Shown here: positions 37,791-51,171 of the stretch, piece by piece
Layout: each line of letters starts with the position of its first letter
Numbering within the stretch: position 1 is the stretch's first letter
NCBI RefSeq assembly: GCF_018977255.1
Contig: NW_024704743.1
Span: 21,206,001 to 21,270,000, forward strand
Length of the DNA: 64,000 nt
Source: Callorhinchus milii
Lineage: Eukaryota
Reading direction: 5' to 3'
Notes under the pieces: generated by a model
Database searches by the model: none
What the model saw: the letters and a program-made list of their open reading frames with translations, nothing else
What the model was told of the DNA's origin: nothing
Translations under genes and position numbers: made by a program

Positions 37791-38985
37791 TTGTGGTACA
37801 TGATAGATTAACCTTCATGTGTGGAGGAGAAAGTTTACATACTGGTCAAAAGGGAATTATTACAGAACGAACAGTGTCAAGGTAATGCCAGTGAGGCAAA
37901 TAAAATGCTCCAGTCACCCACATTCCTATAAAACAAACACGGTAGAACATAAAGGCATTGAAGCTGTGCCTGAGCAAATGTTACCACAATCAGATATTAC
38001 AACCAGCCCACGAATAAACAGATTCTAAACTTAAAATAGTTTCAAGTATGCTTTGCAGTGATTTTGCACGTCATTTGAACTGAGTCTTGTCCTTGAACTC
38101 TCCTTTACCATCTCTCTCTGGGAGTGCGAAGATGTCAGATTGAAAGGATTTGAAAGGAAAGCATTTTAGTTTGCAGATTGGAGTCTGATTGTTGTAATGG
38201 GGGTTTTGGGTGGGACAAACATGCACAGCAGTCATCGCCCCGAACAATCCGAACTCGGTCACAGTTCAAAAACACAGCAGTGTTTACTTTAGCTGTACCC
38301 TGTATGTGGACATGTGAGAGGGTGTTAAATCTAGCTTTCTTGCCTTACTGCTCAAGCTCAGTAAAATCCAGACGCACCACTGCCTTTGGAACTGGGAGGG
38401 AACGCTGTTGGATTGAGATGTGAAACCAAGATCCCTTCTGCACGTTCAGAGGACTGAAACTTCTCCGAGCGTTAGCCATAAGACCATTGTCTGAAAAAAT
38501 AATATTGTTAATAATGCTCGCATTTGATATGCTAAAGCGCCGTATCGTGTCGGAAGGACATCTCAAAGTGCTTCATAGGATTTAAGATTAAGATCATGCA
38601 CAATTTTAGAAAATTTTCAAAATCAGTGTTAATTTTCAAGATGCTTTTCCACCTTTCCATAATTTTGAAAGCGCTGCCTGGGTTTCTATAGCTGCTGATA
38701 ACCCTCCACCCCGCCCAGTGAACATTCTTCATGTGTCAGCCAAGAGAGAGAATGGCAGCACGTAATTGGAGCGTAGGGTGGCACGGATCACAATCAATAA
38801 TAACCTGTCCTCAGCGAACATCCACACTTATAATTACAATCCTTGCGTACGATATAGAATCTTTTACGTCAGGAAGATTTCAAAAGCGCTTCAGGAGGGA
38901 GTCACCATAACGTGTAGTGATCTGTTTTTGTTAGCGAACGTAACACCCAACTATGTTTGCTAGATTGTTTGCCGAGAAACTCCCA

Positions 38986-39358
38986 AATAATAAATATTCC
39001 TTGCATTTGATTTAGTGCCTTGTCACATCTTCTACACGTCTCAAAGCACTTCACAGAATATACTATAAAGTGTATTGACTGTATGTTTTGTGGGCGAAAC
39101 GCGGCAGCCAATTGCACGCAGCAGTGTCCACAAGCAGTTGTGGATTAAGTGACCAAATTAGTATTATTATTTTGAAGGAAATATTACCCCTGGAAAAGTG
39201 ATTCGCCAATCAACTAACAACCGGGTTCCTACTTACTGGTAGGAAACAGAGTCGTGCGGAGTAAGGAAACTTGGCCAACGTTTTGTCCTGCCAGGAATCA
39301 AACCCATGTCCTCTCACTTGCGAGGCGGGTGTTCTGAACTCTGAGGTACAGGACTCCA
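38986..39358 (-). mobile_element. tRNA-derived SINE, long form
   Basis: Full length by alignment to other copies. Confidence 0.95.
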
Positions 39359-39964
39359 CAAGTCTCTTTTTGACTGGTGCCAAGGCCGCGGTGAAGCTCT
39401 GGAGCGTTAGTCCTAGACTACACGCTTAAAGTCCCATGGTAGTGTTTGAACCTACAACATTCTAACTCGGAGGCGAGAGTGTTACCAACTGAGCCAGGCT
39501 GACACTTGCATTATGCAGGTATCATTGGATAATGCTCAGGAATGGAAACACAAGGAAAGTGCTGTGGGCCTGAGAGACGGAGAGAGGAGTGGAAGGAGAG
39601 AGGAATGATGGCTGAAAGAGATAGAGAAGAGCACAAGATAGGATCAAGTGCGCAGAGTGAAAAATTGTAGTCATTCAGTTAGCAGGCCAAACTGTGCAGG
39701 GGATGAATTAAATACGAAATCACTGTAGGATTAGGTACTGATTGTTATTAATTACTTTTAGCTTAAGCAGAGGTTAATTAGTTAGAAAGCACTTTTTGAT
39801 TAAGTATAAATTACTTGCATGTTAAGTAGAAAATACTTTCGATTCGAAGAGTAGATGTTTCATTTGACAGGATTAACGGATTGTTTTGACATAAGCTTTC
39901 TTTCTGCATAATTTGGTTCTAGTTAGTCCTCCAGATGGGACATTATCTCATCATGTCATTGAAC

Positions 39965-41480
39965 TGTCTCACAAGATTGGTTTGGGTGAAGAAGACCCTT
40001 CAGCCCATCTAATCTCAATCTTACAGAATATGCGCCCTACTGTTTCCCCCATCAGAAGATCAAGCTACTTTTGAAATGGATCCTGACCTCGACATTCCCA
40101 TTCAGGAGAAGGGAGTTTTTTTCTCCCAGTGTCCTGGCCAACAAAAGCCCCAAATAAAATTGGTCACTCACTCTATGGCTGTGTGTGGGACATTGCTGGA
40201 TGTCGCGTTTCACTCACAAAGTACACAGTCAATCCACTTCACAATATATCCTGTGAAGCGCTTTGAGACGTCTCAATCACATGATAAGGCGCTATATTAA
40301 ATTCTTCCTGACAATCTGTTAATTACCCTCTGAGGAAAGAAAAACTTCCTCTCGCCTCTCCTGAAATTATCCTTCACAAACTCTAAACCTATGTCGGCTT
40401 GTTCTATTGTCTCGGTGCATCTTGTGTAAACGTATTGTTCTATGTTTACTGGTTCAATTTTTAAACATCTCTATGAGATTCCCCCCGAGTTATCGCCTCT
40501 CAAAATTGAAGAACCGTAGCGTATCTAATAGTTGCTTATATAGCTCTTAACAATGGGGATTATCCTTGGCACTGCCTGTGCAGCCCCTTAATGTCGCGGT
40601 GACCAGAACTGCAAACGGTCCTCTCTGTGGGGCCTGAGTAGAGCACTGTACAGCCTCTGTGTGACTGACGCCTGGGGATCTAAACTAGACATGATTTAGC
40701 AATGAAGCCCAGCATCCTGTTTGTCTTGTTTATTTGCAAACTGCATCACAGGATTTTACTGCAAAGTGGAATAAACATGCATTGTAAGCAAATATGCCAG
40801 CCAATTTGTAAACAGCAATGTCACACAAAGAGCCATGAAGTGATTGACCAATTCTAACTAGGGGATATTTGGCTAGGATTGGGAGCAACTTCATTTTTTT
40901 TAAAAAGTGCTAGGGTTCCGACTCCTAATCTCTAGGTAGCAGAACAAGAGGGCACCAAATCAGCATTGCAAAGGTAAATTTTAGGACAGACTCTAGGAAG
41001 TATTTCTTTACCTAGAAGGTAATTATTGATTGGAATGGAGTTATCAGTTAGGGTGGTTGAGGTCAGAAAAGAATGCTGCTGCAATGGGAGGACAGTACGG
41101 TGGGTAATAGGGAAGTATGCAATTACAAGATCACAAGATTGGTCTCAATGAAGAAGGCACTTTGGCCCTTTTGATCTTGTTCTTCCAGGATATCTACCTT
41201 ATAATCTTCCCGTCACAGCATCAAGCTGTTTTTTTAAATGAGTCCAGTGTTCTGACCTAAACCACCCTTCTAGGTGAACTGGTCCATTCGTTAATGGGTA
41301 AAGAAATACCTCCTGGTATCTGTCCTGAAATTGTCCTTTGCAACTCTCAATCTATGTCCTCTTCTCCCACTGTCTTGGTGCATCGGGAAAGTATTGCTCT
41401 GAGTTTATTTTTTCAATCCCATTTAAAATGTAACATGGCTCTCATACATGGTCTTCTTCATTCAAATCTCTTTTGTGAAT
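39965..41480. mobile_element. Cluster of very old CR1-like 3' fragments in both orientations, with a SINE remnant at ~40100-40300
   Basis: AAATTTTAGGACAGACTCTAGGAAGTATTTCTTTAC (FRTDSRKYFFT) on plus at ~40975; similar reverse-strand pieces at ~40330-40380 and ~41295-41345. Confidence 0.55.
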
Positions 41481-41514
41481 TGTGATCATAGTTCTGTAGC
41501 TTTGGGCTGAACCC

Positions 41515-41870
41515 TGGAGTCCTGTAGCTCAATGGTTAGAGCACTCACCTCGCAAGCGAGGGACCTGGGTTTGATTCCCATTAGGGCGAAACGTTGGGCA
41601 GGTTTCCTTACTCCATACGCCTCTGTTTACCTAGCAGTAAGTGGGAACCAGGTTGTTAGTCGATTGGCGGATTGCTTTTCTGGGGGTAATAATCCCTTCA
41701 AAAAAAATAATAATTTGGTCACTCAATCCATGACTGTTTGCAGGACACTGCTGTCCACTGTGTTTTGCCCACAAAATATACAATCAATTCACTTTACAAT
41801 ATTTTCTGTGAAGAGCTTTGAGATGCCTCAAAGATGTGATAAGGCTCTATATCAAATTCAAGGATTATTA
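41515..41870 (+). mobile_element. tRNA-derived SINE, long form
   Basis: Head, 64-bp internal segment and tail present. Confidence 0.95.
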
Positions 41871-43349
41871 GCATTATAGCCCCCAGCTCGAAGATCCATG
41901 TGGAGGTAAGTGAACACGTGATCATTTTTAGTTGTGATGTCCCTGCAATTGTACAGCCTGCTGACTGATCACTGTCAAGACTCACATCTAAATTAACAAC
42001 AACAACACATTACATTTGTATAGTGCCTTTCATGTCGGGAGCCAAATCAGCACTTTGGGACATCCACCAATAGCCAGTTGTCTGAGGATATACTGTAGTT
42101 TGTCAGGAATCTGTAGCATATTATCCAATAAAAGGCGAAGGATTTAAACACCTTGAGGGAGAACAAAAGAAAATAAGTGGGGGATAATCAGTTTTAACAA
42201 CTACATTGATAAATCTGTGAAGAACTTTGTGAAAAGCTGCAGTGTGTTAAAGTGTGCCCTGTGCTGAATAAATGTGAGCTACATCTTGCACAGATGTTCG
42301 AGACAGCTCTCTTTCATCGGAAGGAATTTGTAGTATTTCACCGTATAATATATTTTGTTTAATGTCTGTCTGCACTGTACTCAGCTGGCTGTTGCAGTGC
42401 TATAGGTAGTGCTGATGCAAGACTATGTACACCCCACTGCAATTTATAGCTTATTGTCTAGACAGAGGAAAATACCTTTGAGTGCTGGCTGCTACACTTC
42501 TATAGCATTGCACTTCTGACGAGAACAAGCTGTTTCATTCGGAGATTGTTTCCCCTTCTAAGATGCTGTGGTCTCCAAATGACTTAAAGAAAAACTACTA
42601 TTTCTACTGTGGTCTCTGCAGTTCATTTTCCATTAATGAGTATTTATTGGATGTAATATTTATCCAACGAGTTGACCCAACCAAAAAAAACAGAAGGAGC
42701 AAGATTCTCTGTTGTTTTAAGACGCAATATTAGGTATTTGATATTTATTTAACAAGTTGACTCAACTGAACAAAAGTTGAGGGGAAAGGTTCTTTGATTT
42801 TTGATATTTGAAATTGGGAGTGAGACGCACTGATTGATGGTAGCAGGCTTGCATGTATGCAGTTGGCTTTTGTTCTGAGGTCATTGTAGCAAAGAGAAGA
42901 AGTGATTTTAACAGAAAGACCTTTTAGGGCAACAAGCGATGAACAATAAACAGGACAGACAAAATGCCCACACCCTGAGATATAGTTTAAAAAATGACCC
43001 GTGTTGTAGATAATTTCAATGAGTCTCTGCTTCTATGATATTTGTGGGAGTACTCGGGTAAGTATTATTTATTGCCTGAAACATAGAATACAATATGAGA
43101 ACTTGTTCTGTGGCACTTGTCATAACCAAAATGTTCTTCTCAAGAATGTAGAAAAAATCCAATGAGAAATGGTCAGATAACAAAGTTCATCCTATACATT
43201 AACTTTTCTATCAAGCATTGATTTGTATTCTGAAGAAACCCCAATGCTTTTGCCTCTGTTATTTGCTTTAGTAATTGAATTTGATGTCAAATAATCCAAT
43301 AAAGCATTCTACAATGACTTGTAGAGCCAAATGCAACCTCTCTGGATGT

Positions 43350-45550
43350 TAACATAACATAACATGTAGGAGCAGGAGTAGGCCATTCGGCCCTTCGAGC
43401 CTGCCCCGCCATTCAATCATGGCTAATCTTCTAATCTAACTCCAGCTAATAACCTAACCCTGCCTTATCCCCATATCCCTTAATCCCTTTTGCAATAAGA
43501 AATCTATCTATCTCAGTCTTGAATATGTTCAAGGACTGAGTGTCAACAGCCCTTTGGGGTAGTGAGTTCCATACATTCACCACCCTTTGAGTGAAAAAGT
43601 TCTTCCTCAATTCAGTGCGAAAGGGCTGGCCTCTGATTTTAAGGTTGTGACTCCTGGTTTTAGTTTCTCCAACCAGGGGAAACAATCTCCCACTATCTAC
43701 TCTATCACGCCCTTTGATGATCTTATAGGTTTCTATAAGATCCCCTCTAATTGTTCTAAATTCTAGAGAATATAGGCCCAAATTGGTCAGCCTATCCTCG
43801 TAACTCATCCCCTTCATCCCTGATACTAACCTGGTAAATCTTCGCTGCACCCCTTCCAAGGCAAGTACGTCCTTCCTTAAATGAGGAGACCAAAACTGGA
43901 CACAGTATTCCAGGTATGGTCTCACCAGGGCCCTATACAGTTGCAGCAAGACTTCCCTACTCTTATACTCTAATCCTTTCATAATGAATGCTAACATAAC
44001 ACACCTTCCTAATTGCTGCTGCGCCTGCAGACTAACTTTCTGTGATTGGTGTACAAGGACACCCAAGTCCCTCTGGACGCTAACACATTCTAATCTTTCC
44101 CCTTCTAAAAAATAACCCGCTCTACTGTTTTTGCTACCTAGGTGGATGACTTTGCACTTCCTTACATTATACTTCATCTGCCACCTACCTGCCCAATCAC
44201 CTAACCTATCTATGTCTTGCTGCATTTTTTTAATGTCGTCCTCTGTGTTGACACTTACTCCCAGTTTTGTGTCATCCACGAATTTAGATATATATTAACT
44301 TCAATGTCCTCATCTAGATCGTTGATGTAGATGGTAAATAGCTGAGGCCCAAGGACTGATCCTTGTGGCACTCCACTAATCACATCCCGCCAATCCGAAA
44401 AGGACCCGTTTATCCCTACTCTTTGTTTCCTACCCATTAACCATTCCCCAATCCATGTTAATATGCTCCCCCCAATTCCATGGGCCCTTATCTTTTGGAC
44501 TAACCTTATGTGCAGCACCTTATCGAATGCCTTCTGGAAGTCCAAATAGACCACATCCACTGATTCACCCTTATCTAGTTTACTGTAAATGTCCTCAAAA
44601 AACTCTATGAGATTTGTCAAACATGACTTCCCTTTTTTAAAGCCATGTTGACTTGGCCTAATTATATTGTGCTCCCCTAAATACCGCACTACCACATCCT
44701 TAATCAACGATTCTAAAATTTTCCTATCACTGATGTGAGACTAACTGGCCTATAGTTCCCCATCTTTTCCTTTCCACCTTTTTTAAATAGTGGTGTGACA
44801 TTTGCGATCTTCCAATCCATGGGGACTGTTCCAGAATCCAAGGAATTTTGGAAGATCAGACATAAGGCCTCCACTATCTCATAAGCTACCTCTTTTAAAA
44901 CCCTGGGATGCAAGCCATCCGGACCAGGGGATTTGTCACTTTTCAGTGCTAACAGTTTCCCTAGCACCAATTCTCTAATGAAATTTTTCTAATGAAAATT
45001 TCCCTAAGCTGTTCCCTGTCCTTATCCCCTTGGTGCATCTCTATTGTTGGCAGACTTGTTGTGTCTTCTAGGGTGAAGACAGATGCAAAGTACCCATTTA
45101 GGGACTCTGCCATGTCCTTGTCCCCCAAAAACTTTCACAATCAGACTTAATGTTCCTAGCTAGCTTACCCTCATACACCTTTTTCTCGCTCTTAATGAGT
45201 TGTTTAGTTTTATTTTGCTGGTTTCTAAAACTCTCCCAATCTTCAGATTTGCCGCTATTCTTGGCAGTTTTATAAGCCTTTTCTTTTAATTTGATGCTTT
45301 CCCTAACTGCTCTAGTTAGCCACGGATGAATTGCTTTCCCTGTGGTACTCTTATTCCGCAAGGGAATATGCGACCGCTGAGAATTTTGCACTATATCCTT
45401 AAATAATTGCCACTGTTGGTCTACATTTTCACCTCTTAATCTTATTCTCCAGTTTATTTTACCTAAATCTTTCCTCATATCTACAAAATTAGCCCTATTT
45501 AAATTCAAAATACTTGCCTCGGATTTAACTATATCCCTCTCTAACTTAAT
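43350..45550 (-). mobile_element. CR1-clade LINE, 5'-truncated 2.2 kb, ORF2 reverse transcriptase broken by frameshifts
   Basis: Collinear minus ORFs 45098..45508, 44713..44970 ([25 protein letters not shown]), 44255..44707 ([35 protein letters not shown]) and 43446..44279 (DDTKL...RPYLEYCVQFWSP); 3' UTR ends in (ATGTT)n. Confidence 0.97.
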
Positions 45551-45674
45551 CCCTCTCTAACTTAACTTAATTTAAATTCAATTAATTTTGTCATACGTGT
45601 ATACTGTTCAGTTATTTATACGATTATATCCAGGGCTTGGTAACTACCTTGATTTGTATGCATAAAAGTAAATA

Positions 45675-45831
45675 CAGTGAATTCCTGATAATAAAACACT
45701 GGCTTACATAATCATGTGGCTTATAATCACCACAATGCCAATATCCCAGCCACTTGGGCTGGGCCATGCAAAATGTGAATAAGAGATCTCCTCCCTATAG
45801 TTCATCACTCACAATGTATAAAGTTTCACTC
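45675..45831. mobile_element. Decayed Tc1/mariner (Tigger-like) MITE
   Basis: TA-CAGTGAATTCCTGATAAT start and internal AATATCCCAGCCAC are shared with 54004-54180; right end AGTTTCACTC-TA. Confidence 0.5.
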
Positions 45832-46599
45832 TACACACCCCCTTCAGTAAAGTATTGGATATATCATCGAAGCAAACTTGCCTGTAATGCAGGCAAATGC
45901 CACTCAGTTCAGCCCCGCTGCACACCGGGACCCTGAAGCAAACTCTCGTGATGAGCGGCCTAGAGCAGGGGAACATGAAAATGAAGAAAATGGAGGATTG
46001 TAATTGTAAGCCAGTATTTATTTCTGAAGGTGGGGTGGTCCTAAGAAGGCTAAAATAACTTAGCTCAAAGAGCTGTCTGCAGAAATGACTCTTATTCTTG
46101 TGCATCTGGAAAAGTGAGAGAAAATCCCTTTATTGTACAGGATCTTGGATTTGCTGTCAGCTACACCGAATGTGACATACCCCTTCAGAAAGAAGTGACA
46201 ACAAGTTTAAATCAGTGACAAACATAGCGTGAAATGGCAAGTGCTAATATTCATTGTATGTGCTACCTATTTAGCTGGTATTTAACAACCAGGTATAGCA
46301 TAAACACTGTGTGTTAACGTAGGTCCTCCTAGTGGCTCCAGAGGAGACTGTCTGCATAGTCACTGAACTCTTTTCCCTTGGAATGACAATATATCAGCAG
46401 TTTACTGTAGCTAATTTTGAGTCTCCAAACTCATGTGGACCAGCGCTCAAGGGTAGGGATGTGTATTTGAGTTGTGGACAGAGGCCTTCTGTTAACCTTG
46501 CAAGCCAACCTCACATTGGGTCAGGTGGTTCTAGTTGGGCAGCCAGTGGGAAGCTTGCCAGACAGTGCCCTGGGTAACCTTACCTTGATGTCAAACATC

Positions 46600-46865
46600 C
46601 TTTACCTAGCAGTAAGTAGGCAGATCATTTTCCAGGGGAAATAATCCCTCAAGAAAATAAAAAATTGGTCATTCACTCCACGACTGTTTGTGGGACAGTG
46701 AGTGCTATGCACAATTGGCTGCTGCCTTTCACCCACAAAATACACAGTCACTGCACTTCACAGTGTATTCTGTGAAGCGCTTTGAGATGTCTCAACGATG
46801 TGATAAGGCGCTATAACAAATTCCCAGCAGGATGAGGCATTATATCAAATGCAAGGATTATTATA
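46600..46865 (+). mobile_element. tRNA-derived SINE, 5'-truncated, doubled tail
   Basis: Begins at TTTACCTAGCAGTAAGTAGG; two AGGC..TAT..CAAAT tail motifs. Confidence 0.85.
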
Positions 46866-47869
46866 TGCTGCAGGTTTGGATAAATAGGCTGCATCCCTCT
46901 GGGGAAACAGTGTGCTTTCCATACCAGACAAGTGAAAACCATACATATTGCAATCCTTATTGCTTTGACTCTTAAGAATGGTGATGAGTTCCACGTGTGT
47001 CAAACGCCTGTCTGACCAAAAAAATAGTGAGGAATAATCTCTGACTATTGTTGGTATGAAGGATGATATAGTAATTATAATAGTAAGAATTCAGCTTCTG
47101 TCTGAGTAATGTCCTGTGTCGTGATGCACAAATTTGCATCAAGGTTTTGAAGAGCTTGCTGTATAATGTGTGTGCTATATGTTAAGTGATTCTTTTTTGG
47201 CTGCCAAACATAACCATTTTAACGAAGAGCAGAAAATGGCTACTCTGAGATTATTTCAAAGAACAAGTGTATGACCTCTTTGGTGTACTGTTAAGTATAC
47301 GACCTCTTTGGTGTGACATTTAATAATAATAATAATCCTTGCATTTGATATAACATCTTATTACGTCTTTAACATGTCTCAAAGAACTTCACAGAATATA
47401 CTGTAAAGTGGATTGACTGGTATTTTGAGGGCGAAAAGTGGAAATTTAAATTTAAATTTTTAATTTAGGAAGCATTGACATGAGACCCAATAACCAGAGT
47501 GCCACTGTTCATCATCTGTTGGCAGCATTGCCTCTCAGTTGATAGAGAATGGCATTTCTTTCTATCCTCCGATATGCATGTCAGGAAAGATTAGCATTCA
47601 GAAGAAGGAAGTGGAATATTCAGTGACAGTGTTTCATTCCAGAAGTAATGAATGTCCATGCCAATGTAATGTGTATTGCTGTATTCATTGCTACACATGT
47701 TTGATATCATCAATTGCTGCATAACAGGACTTGTAGTTCTTTGACACCTTGAATATGATTCCTGTGATCACATAAGGGATATTTGATACAAAGGAAAATG
47801 CAATCGGTTGTTATTGTCAGTTGACTCACAGCAACTGACTAATAAAGTTCCTTTTACAAGAGGCAGGCT

Positions 47870-47970
47870 TCCAAGCTGTTGAAACTGAAGGCGTGTGATG
47901 GTCCACATCTTGAATATTGTTGCAGAAATCTGGTCACTTTTGGGACCAAGCTTAGAGCTATTCAACAAGG
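47870..47970 (+). mobile_element. Small ancient CR1 ORF2 remnant
   Basis: Translates as LLKLKACDGPHLEYC, resembling the CR1 motif LLKLYKALVRPHLEYC. Confidence 0.45.
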
Positions 47971-49299
47971 TAGGACAAAGTAATTCATGAAATTGCACAC
48001 GTTACCTGCAACAAAATAATTTCTTTTACAATTTTGTCTATGTAATTTCTTTTGTTTGATCAGCCTGGTGTCTGACACACATGTAAACTGATCACCATGC
48101 TTAACCTAGACTTAAGACTTCCTTGTTTGCCACCTACATGTAAAAATTTCCGTGTCTGGAATGGAATGCACACACTACCTGTAGGCATACGCCCTGCTTA
48201 TCTAATTCTGCAGAGTATTAGACGCAGGTTGGCAGGAGTTAGGCTTGGAGACCCCCAAAGTGGGCATTGGAGTACAGTTGGAGTTTAACTGAAACTGCAT
48301 AGCTTGCCATTCAATCTGTGTTTACATTTCTTGATGCATGTTAATTCAGAATCAGGAACGGTTTTGCTACCTAGTTTGTGGAATGAGTTTTGAAAAATAT
48401 TACATCTTTCTTATACATCAGATGTCTAGTATTTTTCCAAAACCTTTGTTCTGCTAACAATTGTATACTGTCTAGAGAATAGACATTGACTGATACCTAC
48501 TGACATTTTGACTGACAATAGACTCAGTCCATTCATATTAAAGTTGAACATTTAAGTTGTGCAGGAAAGCCGTAGTTATTGCTAAAGTAACCAGCAGAGA
48601 GAATAAAAGTTCTTTACATAGATTAAAACAACCAGTGTTTGTATCTATTTGAAATGGCTCTTGAATTTCTCACATGAATGAGGAGAGACAGCTTATCCAG
48701 CAGTATTTAATGTGGGAAACGGCCTGAGCTTCCTGCTAGAATTGAGCCCTTTTGCTACTCTTGTCTCACAACAAAGGGGTAATATTCTGTATTAATGACC
48801 TGTCTGTGACTGTATTCATTTGATGAGCAGCCAACAGACCTGATAATTGAGCTCCTGTGATTGAATCAAATGCACTCACAGATGCTGCTCATTCATCATC
48901 ACCTGATGTGTGTTTGCTCTCTGCGGTGAATAGAACCTGTTGCAACAATGGATTCACTTGTGAAGTTCCCAAGTCGTCTCAAGAATTAGCCACAAGGTAA
49001 TGAAGCTGGAATGATGCCATTCGGGGAGAAAATGTGTACTAAAGTGAGGTGCTACTCTCATTGTGCCTTTAAATACAGCTGGTTGCCAGTTGAAAGACAA
49101 AGCTTCCAAATTATTTGTGAAATTGTAACAGAAATTTCTAACAGGAAAGTATGAAAATATGATTAAATAATAGAAGGCAGAAGACAGTAGGAGATAAGTC
49201 TGCCGGTTAGACTTTTGAATTGAATTGAACAAAGACCAGCTATAAATGAAGAACCAGTTATAAAACCAGTTATAAATGAAGTATCCTGTTGACAGGTAC

Positions 49300-49595
49300 C
49301 AGTTTGACTCAATCCATTCTCATGGAGTCAGAAAGTTGTATGTTGAAGCCCATGACACTTAAGCTCATGACACTCTAAGCTGATTTAGTATAGAAGTGGG
49401 GAGTGCTTCATTCTCAGCGGTCCTATCTTTTGGATGAAAGATTTAAACTGAGGTACCATTCACCTGTTCGGATGGATGTTAAAGATCCCATGAAAATATT
49501 TGAAAAAAGAAAAAACGTTTTCCTGGTATCCTGGCTAACAATGTTCCTAAAAGTGATCATTCATTCGTGGCTGTTTATGGGATCTTATGCAGCCA
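49300..49595 (+). mobile_element. Decayed Deu-domain SINE
   Basis: TTAAACTGAGG...CCTGTTCGGATGGATGTTAAAGATCCCATG...CCTGGTATCCTGGCTAAC. Confidence 0.7.
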
Positions 49596-50948
49596 CTCTT
49601 AAGTGAGTCCGAGATGGAATCTCAGACGGACTTTCCCTGTACGATGCTGTCTGGTCCCTGTTTAGCACTCTTTTGTCGATGACACGGGTGAAAACAGAAA
49701 TTCAGCAGGTGAATCTAGTGTACCTTTGCACTGACTGTTAAATAGCATTTTGGAATCTCTTTCTGTGAAGGTTACGTTAACCATAATAGAGTTAAAGATT
49801 ACTAATGTATTTACACATAAAGGTTTGAAACCCCAAATCTGTATTTACAAACAAGATGCTTTCAAACAGCTCCCTTTTGAGTTGCAGATTCCAATTATCT
49901 AGCGCTATGTTTAGCTCACTCCCATAATAAGTAATAAGTGACTTTGTAATTAGAGATAGCACTACTTTTCATAATAATGCTGCAAATCATTACTGAGTGG
50001 CTATAACTGTTATGTTAAATTATACACCAGGGGCTTTTTGTTTGAGATAACCTGCTGGTGTGTTATTAGTAACTGCTGTCTGCCTATTGGGAATCTTTTG
50101 CATTAATGATAAATGAGATAAGGATTGAAGTCTGTAAAATGGACAACAGGTGCATTCATGACATAGAACTGCCTCCAGATGCGGAGGACACAACTTCATT
50201 GTCTGATCAGATCTTCTCTCTGACTAGGCTGTGAAAAACCTGCTAATTATTGAGAAATCCTAGCTTGAAGGAAACCCTTCTCTTCTCACCGTAATTCAAA
50301 ACCTAAGCTCAATGAAACACCAGTTTTATAATTTAAGTTGGATTTGTTTTTATTACATGCAATGAAGCTTCATTCTGCAGCCAGACTGTATCATTTTTGG
50401 TAATTTATCATGGACTATTCTTTACAATAAATAACAAATGCAAAATATTAACTTTATATCAGTTACCTGGTAAATGTTTGTTATTTTTCTTTGAGATGGG
50501 GTTTGGTGGAGGGGGTCAGTAGAAAGAACAATCCCCAAATAAAATGAATTATTCACTTCATGGTTGTTTGTGGGACATTGCTGTGTTCAAATTGCCTACA
50601 GATTTGACTACAAAATATAGGATCACTACACTTTACAGAATATCCCGTGAAGCACTTTGAGACATCCAACATGAAGGTGATATATGTCAAGTGCAAGGAT
50701 TGTTATTTATTGTATGTTTGAGTGTGTCGGCAAATTTGAGAGAGAATTAGATGGCTATTTGAAGGAGAAATCTATGGAGGATATTGAGAGATGGAGAATT
50801 GTATGATTGTTTTAACTCTGAGGTTTGTCAGATGGCCCCAGAATCGTGTCCTTCAGTCTTAATCATTCTGTGTGGAGAACACTCCTGGTCCTCCACAACA
50901 TAAGATGTGAACTTCCACACAATCTCAACCTGTCAGGTCATGTTGTGT

Positions 50949-51098
50949 TTAAAATGTAAGATTATACAGAATTGTGAAAAATTCTTAAATTCAATCTTAA
51001 TTTAGAAGCCAATTTTCCACAGTCTTAAAAAGAGCCAGATTGCAAATAAAGAAGGAATTCAAGAATATTCCACAATTCTGCACAATTTAAAATTTTAA
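50949..51098. repeat. AT-rich palindromic element (MITE-like)
   Basis: 44-bp arms 50949-50992 and 51055-51098 are about 80% complementary; related arms at ~11814 and ~38581. Confidence 0.65.
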
Positions 51099-51171
51099 GT
51101 TAGAATTGACTTACAGGCTAAGGCTGATAACAATCTTTCCATTTGATATAGCCTTTCATGTTAGGAGGCAG

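Noticed and set aside
43446..45508. Longest ORFs in the window (277, 150, 136 and 85 aa) as a host gene or retron-like RT system
   Set aside because: They are collinear frameshifted pieces of one 5'-truncated CR1 ORF2 with a CR1 3' UTR
45809..46130. Strong minus-strand acceptor (TTTTCTCTCACTTTTCCAG) followed by a 98-aa ORF
   Set aside because: Unrecognised peptide that runs into a MITE; only a GC-type donor nearby
47270..47315. Short direct repeats (GACCTCTTTGGTGT twice; also 17599-17676, 42667-42795 and 49236-49280) as a CRISPR-like array
   Set aside because: Only two or three units, no regular spacers, eukaryotic context; these are ordinary local duplications
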